Translations under genes and position numbers: made by a program
The notes under the pieces: generated by a model
Databases searched by the model: none
Told to the model about the DNA's origin: nothing
The model's input: the letters and a program-made list of their open reading frames with translations, nothing else
Shown here: piece by piece, positions 45,871 through 55,571 of the stretch
Position numbering within the stretch: the first letter of the stretch is position 1
Layout of the letters: every line of letters begins with the position of its first letter
Origin: Thermoplasmatales archaeon
GTDB lineage: Archaea; Thermoplasmatota; E2; DHVEG-1
Reading direction: 5' to 3'
Assembly: GCA_020343515.1 (NCBI GenBank)
Contig: CP070798.1
Coordinates: 5,692 to 69,691, forward strand
Length of the DNA: 64,000 nucleotides

Positions 45871-46371
45871 ATGAAGGCACTATTTATTGGACGTTTTCAA
45901 CCATTTCATAATGGTCATCTGCTAATTTTACAGAGTATTAGCAGTCAGTATGATGAAATAATAGTAGGTATAGGATCATCACAGTATCGCAATATGGTTG
46001 ACAATCCTTTTTCTGAAGATGAACGTAATCGGATGATAGCAAAATCGTTAGATAAAATAGGCTTACGCAACTATGGAGTAATCTCGATACCTGATATTCA
46101 TAACCCACCTAAATGGGTGTCTTACGTATTATCAATTGTAAAAGACTTTGATGTTGTCATTTCTAATAATAAGTTTACCAAACAGTTATTCTCAGAAAAA
46201 GGCTATATTGTTAAAGGAACTCCACTTTTTGAAAAAGAAAGGTATTCGGGAAAAGAGATCCGCAGGAGAATGATTAACGGCGAAGTATGGGAAGACTTAG
46301 TCCCTGAAGCAGTAGCTAAAATAATTAAGGATATCAATGGCGTGCAACGTTTAAGAGATTTGTTACCCTAA
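45871..46371 (+). CDS. nadM: nicotinamide-nucleotide adenylyltransferase (archaeal type)
   Basis: GRFQPFHNGHL is the (H/T)xGH motif. The length of about 166 aa and a late SGKEIR motif fit. Confidence 0.88.
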   Translation: MKALFIGRFQPFHNGHLLILQSISSQYDEIIVGIGSSQYRNMVDNPFSEDERNRMIAKSLDKIGLRNYGVISIPDIHNPPKWVSYVLSIVKDFDVVISNNKFTKQLFSEKGYIVKGTPLFEKERYSGKEIRRRMINGEVWEDLVPEAVAKIIKDINGVQRLRDLLP

Positions 46372-46477
46372 TCTTTGAAATTAATTGTAAAAATTATTTT
46401 TTGATAATAAATGTAAAGATATATTTATATATTGAGCTACCGCACAAATATTTTTACAGATAAACTTGTGAGGCAAA

Positions 46478-47368
46478 ATGAAGTATAAGCTAAGAGGCAT
46501 TGTTGAACTACTCAGGCCATTCACATTACTTGCCCCAGTCATTGTTTCAAGCAGTGTAATGATCGCAAGTCTTATCTATTCTGGAAACACTGATATCTCC
46601 TACTTAACAATAGTCTTAACAGTTATTCCAGCAAGCATTTGTTTTGCTTTATTAAACGGTGCCTCCAATGCATTGAATCAATCTACAGATTTTAAAGAAG
46701 ATAAACTATCAAAGCCATATAGGCCTCTACCCATGGGAAATATAACACAAAATGAGGCAAGAAACATATCCTTTATATTATATGTTTTTGCAATACTACT
46801 GTCTCTAATAATTAATATAACATTTAGTTGGTTTGTTCTACTCATTGCATTCTTTTCAATTACCTATTCTTTACCACCTAGAATGAAAAAATTCCTCTTT
46901 GTAAACCAATTATGGGTAGCCGTCCCAAGAGGATTTCTAGGCATATTAGGATCATGGAGCGTATTTGGAGATCCATTTCAAAAACTACCTCTAGCAATAG
47001 GATTTATTGCCGCGATATTTCTCTTTGGTGGAACAGCTACAAAAGACATACTTGATGCAGAAGCAGATAAAAAAACAGGAACAAAAACTCTAGTTAATGT
47101 TCTTGGTATAAAGAAAACCGCTTTGATTTCGTTTCTATTTATGGCCAGTGCTTTTGCATTAATTATTCCTTTAATAATTCTAAAAATCATAGAATTCTAT
47201 CTATTTCCACTAACTCTACTGGTAGTTCTTAGTTTTCTAATATTTTGGCTTATGATCCACGATCGCAAAAACGAGAAACACGAAAACACTTCCTCATGGA
47301 CGTTGATGTATGCAACATATTTTATTTATGCTGTAAGTTTTGCAATTATTACTATCTCTTTTGCCTAG
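46478..47368 (+). CDS. UbiA-superfamily prenyltransferase, DGGGPS/ChlG-like branch (paralog A)
   Basis: The protein has about 8-9 TM segments. NALNQSTDFKEDKLSKPYRPLPMG is the first Asp-rich motif, with Q in place of D. YSLPPRMKKF is present. KDILDAEADKKTG is the second Asp-rich motif. Confidence 0.8.
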   Translation: MKYKLRGIVELLRPFTLLAPVIVSSSVMIASLIYSGNTDISYLTIVLTVIPASICFALLNGASNALNQSTDFKEDKLSKPYRPLPMGNITQNEARNISFILYVFAILLSLIINITFSWFVLLIAFFSITYSLPPRMKKFLFVNQLWVAVPRGFLGILGSWSVFGDPFQKLPLAIGFIAAIFLFGGTATKDILDAEADKKTGTKTLVNVLGIKKTALISFLFMASAFALIIPLIILKIIEFYLFPLTLLVVLSFLIFWLMIHDRKNEKHENTSSWTLMYATYFIYAVSFAIITISFA

Positions 47369-50300
47369 TCAAAAAATTTTTAATCTCTGAAAAAAGGGAA
47401 ATTATAGCCAGTATAGCCGAAGCAACTACCAAATAAAATCCACTAGCAAAGCCCCACTGAGAGTCCATGAGCACTGGTTCTTCTAATGAGATGCTCAAAA
47501 GGCCCTCTCCCTGTACATCGCCAATACTAGCCTCACATATCTTTGATGTACCAACAAAAAACATTGAAACAACTGCAATAATTAGAATAATACCTAAAAA
47601 ATTGAGTAAAAGTGAATAATGTTTTTTCCCAAGCTTGCTTGATATGAAACTAAGGCCTAATAATAGGCAGGCCACATATGCTACAATCACTACTTTCCCT
47701 AAAAAATCAACAAATATTTCAGGCATTTCTGAGATATCAAAAGTTTTCAACCCATCATAAGAGGTAGACTCTACCATAACTTGTGGGTTCATAAACATCT
47801 GGGTAGTTCTCTCTGCCATGGGATGGATATTTGACCCAAATAACCCCCACCATGGCTGAATCAAAGCAATAATTATAAAGGCTATCGCTAAAAACTTCAA
47901 TAGAGAGGCTACCGACAACATCCTCTTAAAAGTCAAAACTATGATTACACCAATAAAAACCAATGCGGATCCAAAAATTAACGCTGGAAAAGGTGAACTT
48001 AACGTTGTAACAAGCTTGATATTTCTGTCATTTATCAACTCTACCTTTTTGATTCCAACTAACTCTCCATCATTGTATGCTTTGATTGTGTAACTAGCAG
48101 GTGGCAGAGAAAACGTTTTTTCATGGGATTCAAGTAATATTCTTCCACTTCTTAAAATTTCGAAATCTATATCTTCTTCTAAAAGTGGATTTGCTCGTGA
48201 ATCAAAAATTTCTACTCCAAGATCGAATAAAGCTGTAAATTTAATGCTAACAAACTTACCGTCATCTGGTAAATTCAAAATTTTTTCATCAACAAAATTG
48301 GCATAAGTAACTTGAATTGTATATTCCCCGGAAGGAATATCTTCAAAAAAGAATTTGCCAGGTTCGATTTCTTCACCTATAAGTTGAACAACTTCGCCAC
48401 CCTCAGAATTTGTTAGTGCTGGAGTGATCTCGACACCCGGTGGGAGATCAAAAACATCTCCTACCTCAAGTGTCAAATCATAAAGCTCGATATCAGCCCT
48501 TAATTTAAGTTTTCTAAGGGAATTCTTAAGTTCTCCATCATAAACAACGAGATCTCTATAAAACGCTTGTAATACATATGGGGTCCCTGCTGGGGCTTTT
48601 AATACAACCTCCCCCGCATCACCCGTCGTATTCTCATCAAAAATATATCCATCTATATTTAATAAAACTACATTTACGCCGTCAATGCCCTGACCCTCCT
48701 GATCAGTAAATGTCACTTTTATTGGACGCTCCCACAGGCAAAAAACATGAACCTTTTTATTTCCATCAATTGTGACTGTCTTGGCACCATTGAAAAACTT
48801 GGTTGAATTATCAAGTTTCCAATACACCTTTATTAGATAATCGCCCTCAACAACCTCTGTAAATACTTTACGTGCCCTATATCTAATAAGGTAGGGTTTA
48901 TTTGCATTTCCTGATGAAACGAGTTTCCCATCACGATGTAATTCAATCCACATAACTGGAAAGTGACGGCCTGTTATATTTGAAAGCCGTGGATAAGAAA
49001 ACCTGGTGCCACCGAGATAGGAAAAAACTGTTAAATCATACTTTTTTCCCTCTTTTTCAAAGGCAGTGTCTACCGATAGATAACGATGCTTGACCAATTC
49101 TCGATATATTTCTGCTTCTTTTCGAACCGCTGCATATCCGCCTTCATCAGATGTAAACAATTCTGCTTCAAACTCAACAACAAAATTTTCAGGTATCTTT
49201 AAATCATGACTATACCCTTTTTCATACGAATTTCTACCAAAATTTATTGAAGCATAATCAACCTCAGTGCTAAGGAAATCAAAATATTCTTTCTCTGCAA
49301 CTTTCAATTGGATACCATCCCTTTCATTGGTGCCCGATTTAACAATATTCTTATCTGAGGAGAAAATGATTGAATTGGCTTTTTCACCATCTCCATAGGC
49401 GATCCAAGCTTCTTCTCCAAGGTCAGCATCATCTTTAAAAGATATTATCCATTCACGTTTTTTAGATTCAGGTTCGAGATTCATTTGATACTCTTTGATA
49501 TCATCATTTTCCCCATAAAAATGCAAATATGGATATATATCTCCCACGTTCAATTTTTTTATGGCAGGGCTCTTTGATTTAAAAGAAGCCATCATACCAA
49601 ATCGCCCATCGATATTTTCTTTCCCTTTTACAATCACTTCATCAAGCATTTCATGTTTTACTCGAACACAAAGTCTTTTTTCATCTACGGGAGAGTAATA
49701 ATATCTATAGACTGCCGTGGTTCTTATATCCCTTTTATTGGATTCACTTTTAATACCAAATTCGACCATCAGGTTTCCATCAACTAGTATTTCTTTGGAG
49801 ACAAATAATTGATCTGAAGAACTTTCATCTCTTTCTTTATCTCCATGATAGTAAGAAAAGGCAAAAGATACAATTTGATCAGAATCAAGGACCTCCATCT
49901 TTTCCCTCGCTTTTTTCTGTTTTACAACGATTTGGGAAAATGCACGGTCAAGTAGCTTACCTTCTTGCCCGACACCATAGACGTAGTAGCCCTCTTCCTT
50001 AATTCCATAATATTTCGCCTCCACTGAGATACTAGATATCGGTGAATAAGAATAATAAGAATCCTCAACGCTGACATGATCTTTATACCTTGGTGAAGAT
50101 TTTTTAGTATCATCGTAGTATACATAGTATTTTTCATCGCCGTTTGCAATTTCTGGCACTAGAAAAACCAAGCTACATTCCTGGATATGATCTGTGTCGA
50201 TAAAACTAAGATCATATATCTGCGACTCGAGCTTATACCATTTTTTATCATTCCAACAACAAACCCTTAACGAGGTTTCATTCTCATTTTTAGTCCAACA

Positions 50301-50510
50301 AGGGTTGTTAAAATTTATTCGGATGTCAATAGGCTGATATTTTGTATAAGAATCATTTGTTTTAATTGGTAACTGTATCTCCTGCCTGTAAGACCATTCT
50401 TTGTTCCAGAAGGGCACTGATTCATCATCTGAAGAAGCAGATATGGGCAGAGCTAAGGAAAATAAAAGGATTAACGCAACATAAACTATTTCAATATCTG
50501 TATTTCGCAT
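47352..50510 (-). CDS. 1052-aa envelope protein: signal peptide, DUF2341-like N-domain, several carboxypeptidase-regulatory-like beta-sandwich repeats, C-terminal multi-TM block
   Basis: FWNKEWSYRQEIQLPI ... YYVYYDD fits the DUF2341 pattern. Three repeats follow a 'D..G..I.G..V.L... G.Y.I' pattern. The C-terminal roughly 230 aa carries about 6 hydrophobic helices. Confidence 0.75.
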   Translation of the reverse strand: MRNTDIEIVYVALILLFSLALPISASSDDESVPFWNKEWSYRQEIQLPIKTNDSYTKYQPIDIRINFNNPCWTKNENETSLRVCCWNDKKWYKLESQIYDLSFIDTDHIQECSLVFLVPEIANGDEKYYVYYDDTKKSSPRYKDHVSVEDSYYSYSPISSISVEAKYYGIKEEGYYVYGVGQEGKLLDRAFSQIVVKQKKAREKMEVLDSDQIVSFAFSYYHGDKERDESSSDQLFVSKEILVDGNLMVEFGIKSESNKRDIRTTAVYRYYYSPVDEKRLCVRVKHEMLDEVIVKGKENIDGRFGMMASFKSKSPAIKKLNVGDIYPYLHFYGENDDIKEYQMNLEPESKKREWIISFKDDADLGEEAWIAYGDGEKANSIIFSSDKNIVKSGTNERDGIQLKVAEKEYFDFLSTEVDYASINFGRNSYEKGYSHDLKIPENFVVEFEAELFTSDEGGYAAVRKEAEIYRELVKHRYLSVDTAFEKEGKKYDLTVFSYLGGTRFSYPRLSNITGRHFPVMWIELHRDGKLVSSGNANKPYLIRYRARKVFTEVVEGDYLIKVYWKLDNSTKFFNGAKTVTIDGNKKVHVFCLWERPIKVTFTDQEGQGIDGVNVVLLNIDGYIFDENTTGDAGEVVLKAPAGTPYVLQAFYRDLVVYDGELKNSLRKLKLRADIELYDLTLEVGDVFDLPPGVEITPALTNSEGGEVVQLIGEEIEPGKFFFEDIPSGEYTIQVTYANFVDEKILNLPDDGKFVSIKFTALFDLGVEIFDSRANPLLEEDIDFEILRSGRILLESHEKTFSLPPASYTIKAYNDGELVGIKKVELINDRNIKLVTTLSSPFPALIFGSALVFIGVIIVLTFKRMLSVASLLKFLAIAFIIIALIQPWWGLFGSNIHPMAERTTQMFMNPQVMVESTSYDGLKTFDISEMPEIFVDFLGKVVIVAYVACLLLGLSFISSKLGKKHYSLLLNFLGIILIIAVVSMFFVGTSKICEASIGDVQGEGLLSISLEEPVLMDSQWGFASGFYLVVASAILAIISLFSEIKNFLTRQKR

Positions 50511-50616
50511 ATTTTTTCCTGTTCAATTTATTATTATAAAGCCTCTAGACATAATATTATATCTAATAATATAATAATCTTTTTAATTATATTAATTGTT
50601 TGAGAAAAATATCAAA

Positions 50617-51576
50617 TTAAGCGAGAAAAGTTAGGCTGCCCATTTCACCAAATATTATAAGCAAGGTGAAACCCATAGCAAAAAGGAGGTATTCTAAATA
50701 CATAAACGACCAGGCGTAAACATTTTCGAGTGTTTTACTTTCACTTTCCTTAAGCAATAGGAAAAAAACAGTAATGCTTAGGATTGTAAATATGGTTAGC
50801 GGTAGAAAATAATAGCTTAGAATGTGGTATCCTATTAAAAGTGGAACTAATGCAAATGGTAAAAACATAAAAGGCAGTGAGATTAAGGCTGATTTTTTTG
50901 TGCCAAATGTGTTTACTAGGGTTCGTACACCTGTTCTTTTATCTGCCTCTCGATCTACTATATCTTTAGTGGTCATAGCTCCTGCGAAAAATAAAAATGC
51001 CATCGTACCAATAACTATAGGTTCTCTCTGAAATGGATCGCCAAAAACACTCCAAGATGCAAGAATGCCGAGAAGCCCTCGTGGAATAGCTATCCATAGC
51101 TGATTTATAAACAAAAATCGTTTCATTCTTGGAGGAAGGGAATACGTAACTGTAAAAATCATTATGAGAAATACAAAAACCCCAAACCATACATTTATTG
51201 TGACTGCGCGAAGAAGGGCAAATAGGTATAAGATATAGGCGATACTTTGGGCTTCTGCTGGTTCTACTACACCTCGTGGAATAGGACGGTATGGTTTAGA
51301 AATCTTATCAGCCTCAGCATCTGTGGCTTGATTAAGAGCATTTGAAGCAGCATTAAGAAATGTAAGAGTAAGGCTTGCTTGACCAATGGTAATCCACCAA
51401 TCAGGAAAATCAGCAAATCTATCATTATATACGAGACTTGCAAACATGATAAACATCGAGACAAAAAACGGAGCTGCCAGAGTAAAGGGTCGGAGTAGGT
51501 CAATATATCCTCTGAAGCGTATCGATAAAAACTTTGATTTACTGTATGGTTCTTTCATCGTTAGTTTCATCGACAT
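50617..51576 (-). CDS. UbiA-superfamily prenyltransferase, DGGGPS/ChlG-like branch (paralog B)
   Basis: NALNQATDAEADKISKPYRPIPRG, YSLPPRMKRFLFINQLW and KDIVDREADKRTG are present. The protein is collinear with, and clearly paralogous to, 46478-47368. Confidence 0.8.
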   Translation of the reverse strand: MSMKLTMKEPYSKSKFLSIRFRGYIDLLRPFTLAAPFFVSMFIMFASLVYNDRFADFPDWWITIGQASLTLTFLNAASNALNQATDAEADKISKPYRPIPRGVVEPAEAQSIAYILYLFALLRAVTINVWFGVFVFLIMIFTVTYSLPPRMKRFLFINQLWIAIPRGLLGILASWSVFGDPFQREPIVIGTMAFLFFAGAMTTKDIVDREADKRTGVRTLVNTFGTKKSALISLPFMFLPFALVPLLIGYHILSYYFLPLTIFTILSITVFFLLLKESESKTLENVYAWSFMYLEYLLFAMGFTLLIIFGEMGSLTFLA

Positions 51577-51725
51577 TTCTACACCGGTTTTTTACAGATA
51601 ACTTGCCGTAATGTATATTGCTATTATATTAAATACTCTGTCAAGGTAAATCAATATCTAGCTTTATTTGCTAATATAAATATTTTGCTATTTTTTAAAA
51701 GAAATGTAAAATAAGATGTAATAAG

Positions 51726-53129
51726 TCATGAAAGAGAGGGAAAATTCTCACATAACATCTTTGCTGAATTTAATGCACAGTTAAAACCAATGCCTGGAGC
51801 TTTTACGCAATCGCCTATAACATATAAATTTTCGACAGGGGTTCTTATATCAATTTTTTTATTATCAATTGTTTTTGCTACACCATCAAGATGCCACACT
51901 GCGGGATAAATCGCCCAATTAAGATTTGAACGGAAATCAGGTATAAGTCCTTCAAGATTTTTATCTAATAATTCTCTGAGACTCTGCAACATTTTTTTAT
52001 TTTTTGCTTCATCAGGCGTGCAAATAATATATGATTGAACTAGATGATCAAAGGGGGAAAGACCTGATTCTGGCAATGATGCCATGAAATCAATCATTCC
52101 AACAGCATCCTTTCCATCAACACCAACGTCTCTTTCAATAAAATGAAATGTTTTTCCAGGTAAATTGGAATCAATTTTTTTCAGAGAGTAATATGCACAT
52201 AAACTGCCTGTGCCTGTAAGTGATTTTATGTTTTTCACATACTCTTTTGGAAAATATTTTTCGTCAGCAATGGTGAAAAGATCTTGTATGAGAATATTTG
52301 AAACAATGGTTTTAAAATAATGTTCTTTGTTTCCAACAAAAACCCCAGTTGCTTTCTTCCCATCAAAAAGTATCTTTTTCACAGGTTTTTCCAGGTGGAT
52401 CTCACCGCCTTTCTTTGTTATAAAATCGGCTAGCTTTTGATGGATGGCATTAAGTCCATTTTTTGGATAACCTACAGGTTTTGATCCTCTGTAAAGATTT
52501 CTTTGGGCACGAAACATTTCCCCGGTGGAAATACGATCCAGATTGTTAACTGTTGTAATTGATCGGGAAAATATTTCAAGGATGAGTTTCATTTTCCCTT
52601 TTCCATACTTCTCGATTGTCTCTTTCATTGATACAGAATCTAATTGTTTCATTGTTTTCTCACTGGAAAATAACAAGCGAAGTAAATTTGGGAGAATCTT
52701 AAGCTTGTCAGTTCTCGAGAGAAAGGGGAAATCAAATCCATCATCTTTTATTAGGCCGACATATGATTCAAGTATATCGACGTGATCATTAAGTTCGGAA
52801 AGTATACTGTTAAGGTTGGATAAAACACCGCCACCAATTGCATGGTATCCAAGATCTAGCTTGTACCCTCTCAACATCTTTTTCTCAAAAATTATTTGCA
52901 AATCTGGATCTGAAAATTGGATATGCATATGAAATCTTGATAATAATTCCTTGTATCTTTCAAGGGTAAATGATGTCAAATCATCAAAAGAGAGGGCTCT
53001 ACCGCCAATCAATGCCTCTTTCTCAAATATTGCAACTTCATAACCTTTCTTTGTTAATAGGGCTCCGGCAGTTAAACCACCAATTCCCGCTCCTATTATA
53101 CATATATCTGACTCTCCTTTGTCATCCAT
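51726..53129 (-). CDS. CrtI/phytoene-desaturase-family FAD-dependent oxidoreductase
   Basis: The N-terminal ICIIGAGIGGLTAGALLTKKGYEVAIFEK forms a GxGxxG-E fold. The C-terminal LYVIGDCVKAPGIGFNCALNSA resembles the CrtI-family FAD motif. The ATG at 53129 lies 1 nt after the upstream stop. Confidence 0.7.
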   Translation of the reverse strand: MDDKGESDICIIGAGIGGLTAGALLTKKGYEVAIFEKEALIGGRALSFDDLTSFTLERYKELLSRFHMHIQFSDPDLQIIFEKKMLRGYKLDLGYHAIGGGVLSNLNSILSELNDHVDILESYVGLIKDDGFDFPFLSRTDKLKILPNLLRLLFSSEKTMKQLDSVSMKETIEKYGKGKMKLILEIFSRSITTVNNLDRISTGEMFRAQRNLYRGSKPVGYPKNGLNAIHQKLADFITKKGGEIHLEKPVKKILFDGKKATGVFVGNKEHYFKTIVSNILIQDLFTIADEKYFPKEYVKNIKSLTGTGSLCAYYSLKKIDSNLPGKTFHFIERDVGVDGKDAVGMIDFMASLPESGLSPFDHLVQSYIICTPDEAKNKKMLQSLRELLDKNLEGLIPDFRSNLNWAIYPAVWHLDGVAKTIDNKKIDIRTPVENLYVIGDCVKAPGIGFNCALNSAKMLCENFPSLS

Positions 53130-53130
53130 T

Positions 53131-54135
53131 TTACATCCTCGGTTTAAAAAGTTTTTCACCGATGAGCGGTGTGAATATTATGTACCATAATACAGGTAAA
53201 ATTATCAATATTACTGAAGACAAAATCCCAATAGTTGAAATTAGCATTATTGGAACTAAAGAATACCGTAAAAACGATTGCAATCCAATGTATTTTCTGA
53301 TAGCACTCCTCTCAAATGTTTTTGATGATATTAGTTTTGTGCTAAAATATATCATTCCTACTGTTGCTAATGCCAAGATAATAATTTGCCACAGGTAATA
53401 TTCGTATCCAAAGAAAACAAATGGTGTAAACAAGAGAAACGCTGAAAATAATCGTATCCCCATACCAAATGCTTTAAAATGACCGGGTATAAAGATTTTG
53501 TCTCCATCAACTTTTACACCTGATCTCAGTGCAATATTTTTCACCCCTCTAATAAAGTCATGATCTGAATCCTTAATTCCACCTTCAACAGCATTCATGT
53601 GCAGGGTTTGATTAAAAGTTAAGATAAATATAATCCAGGTTAACAGCGTTGGTCTACCAAATGAAAGAGCGCCGAAGAGAAAAACAAATCCCATTGATAT
53701 CGCAACCAAAAAATCTGACCCCACGATTTTTTTCCCATAGAGGTCGTAAATACTACCCAGAGTTCCGGCTAAGAAAATCGAGATTACTGCTGCAAATTTA
53801 TACTCATCAATGGTAGCTCCACGCCATAGTATAAAAATAAAAAGGAACGATAGAAGAATTAAAAAAACGCATATAGCGACTGCGTTTTTTCTTGATATGT
53901 CACCGCTTACGAGAGGTTTAGAATGTAGTTCTTTTACCAGTTTATCGAGTTCAACATCAGCATAATCATTGAGAATAAATCCATATATCCCTGCAAAAGC
54001 ACCAATTATAAAAAGAATTAATAGGCTATAGAAATCATACACGCCAACCGTAAGAGCTGCAATAATTGGAGGGGTAGCAAGTCCCCCTATTCCAGGGACA
54101 CGCAGTAATTTTGCATAGGCAACAACTTTGTTCAT
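53131..54135 (-). CDS. UbiA-superfamily prenyltransferase (paralog C, canonical NDxxDxxxD)
   Basis: GFILNDYADVELDK...KPLVSG and GGIKDSDHDFIRG are present, with about 9 TM segments. I prefer the ATG at 54135 to the overlapping upstream ATG at 54219. Confidence 0.75.
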   Translation of the reverse strand: MNKVVAYAKLLRVPGIGGLATPPIIAALTVGVYDFYSLLILFIIGAFAGIYGFILNDYADVELDKLVKELHSKPLVSGDISRKNAVAICVFLILLSFLFIFILWRGATIDEYKFAAVISIFLAGTLGSIYDLYGKKIVGSDFLVAISMGFVFLFGALSFGRPTLLTWIIFILTFNQTLHMNAVEGGIKDSDHDFIRGVKNIALRSGVKVDGDKIFIPGHFKAFGMGIRLFSAFLLFTPFVFFGYEYYLWQIIILALATVGMIYFSTKLISSKTFERSAIRKYIGLQSFLRYSLVPIMLISTIGILSSVILIILPVLWYIIFTPLIGEKLFKPRM

Positions 54136-54181
54136 CTGATGTAAGGAAAAAGTTGATGCTATTTGAGTTTTTCTAAAAGAG

Positions 54182-55204
54182 TTACATTGTTTTAGGTTGT
54201 AAGATTGTCCCATGAACAATTATATTTGAAAGAACGTAACCTAAGGCAGGGAAAAATACTAGAAAACCTGCCCAAATGTTCAGACTCATTAACATAATCG
54301 GGACAAGAGTAAAATTAATAACATAATGACTTCCGATAAGTTTCCTAGCTTTAAACCGTTCAAAGCGTTTCATGGATAGAAGTTTATGTGATAAAACAAA
54401 CATAGCGACGCCAATAATTATAAGAGCAAACCACTGGAAATACTGCAAATACTCATATCTAGTAAAACCTGGAATAATAAAAAAGGGTAGAAATACGATT
54501 ATTAAATCAAACAATTGAATAGAATAAGCAAGTGTTTTAAAACCAGATGATACTTTTAGATTTCCATTTACAATTCTTACTCCTAATTTTATTGCAAGTG
54601 TTTTTGCTCCTTTCTTAAAATCATTTTCTATATCTTTCATACCACCCGCGACTATCTGCATAAAAAGTACCTGGATTGAGCCAAGTACACAGACTACCCA
54701 AGCCAACGCAGTAATATCATAGATGTTATTCACAGGATTCTTTCCATAAAAAGACCCGTATAAAATCAAAAAGAATATACCTAATGCTACTAATATATCA
54801 GTAAAAGGATACTTCTTACTAATTAGATTGTAAAATGTAATAAAAAATGCTGCCCCTACAAGAATCACAATAGAAAAGATTCTTTGGGTTGATACCGCAA
54901 GATATATTGCTATTATGAAAGCAACGATCATTGATAGAAATGCGTATGTCCATGCTTTTTTTATTGATATAGTACCGCTGACTAATGGTCGATCACTAAT
55001 TTCTTTAGAAAATTTATCGATTTTATAATCAACAATATCATTAAGAACAAATCCAAAGGTATGGCCTAAAAAACCGATTAAAAACAACAATATAAGATAA
55101 GCAACATTATATTGCTCCATAGCAATAGCGCCCATGACAGGGGAAATACCTGTCAATACAGCATTGAATGATCGAGCTAGCTTAAGATACTCTCTAATCA
55201 TCAT
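54182..55204 (-). CDS. UbiA-superfamily prenyltransferase (paralog D, canonical NDxxDxxxD)
   Basis: GFVLNDIVDYKIDK...RPLVSG and GGMKDIENDFKKG are present, and the protein is collinear with paralog C. I prefer the start at the MM pair (55204). Confidence 0.75.
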   Translation of the reverse strand: MMIREYLKLARSFNAVLTGISPVMGAIAMEQYNVAYLILLFLIGFLGHTFGFVLNDIVDYKIDKFSKEISDRPLVSGTISIKKAWTYAFLSMIVAFIIAIYLAVSTQRIFSIVILVGAAFFITFYNLISKKYPFTDILVALGIFFLILYGSFYGKNPVNNIYDITALAWVVCVLGSIQVLFMQIVAGGMKDIENDFKKGAKTLAIKLGVRIVNGNLKVSSGFKTLAYSIQLFDLIIVFLPFFIIPGFTRYEYLQYFQWFALIIIGVAMFVLSHKLLSMKRFERFKARKLIGSHYVINFTLVPIMLMSLNIWAGFLVFFPALGYVLSNIIVHGTILQPKTM

Positions 55205-55571
55205 TCTAAAAAAACCAGAAGCAGAAATAGAATAAAAAACCATCGATATAGAAATAGAAAGCAATTAAAACAATAATTAGCCTATATTTCAAGACTATTT
55301 CTGATCAATAAAAACAGAGTGGAATTATTGAAAATTAATAGTTCATAACAGTATTTTACAAAAAAAACTATGTTTTTTAAAACCAACCGAATTGAACTTT
55401 AGACATGCTCTGCTAGTTTTTTGATGCTCTACTGGAAAGAAGATATGGTAAATATTTAAAAGAAAATTAGTATGAGTAATTTTTGTATAAAGGATTTGTT
55501 ATAATTATAGAAATCGTTTGTTACAATTCAATAAAATATTAATAAAGGGCTTATTTCTATCACCTTTCTTA

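Noticed and set aside
53131-55264. The 38-nt overlap between ORFs 53131-54219 and 54182-55264 might indicate one frameshifted double-length UbiA gene.
   Set aside because: Each ORF contains a complete set of both Asp-rich motifs and a full complement of TM segments. Internal ATGs (54135, 55204) remove the overlap, so two intact paralogs is the better model.
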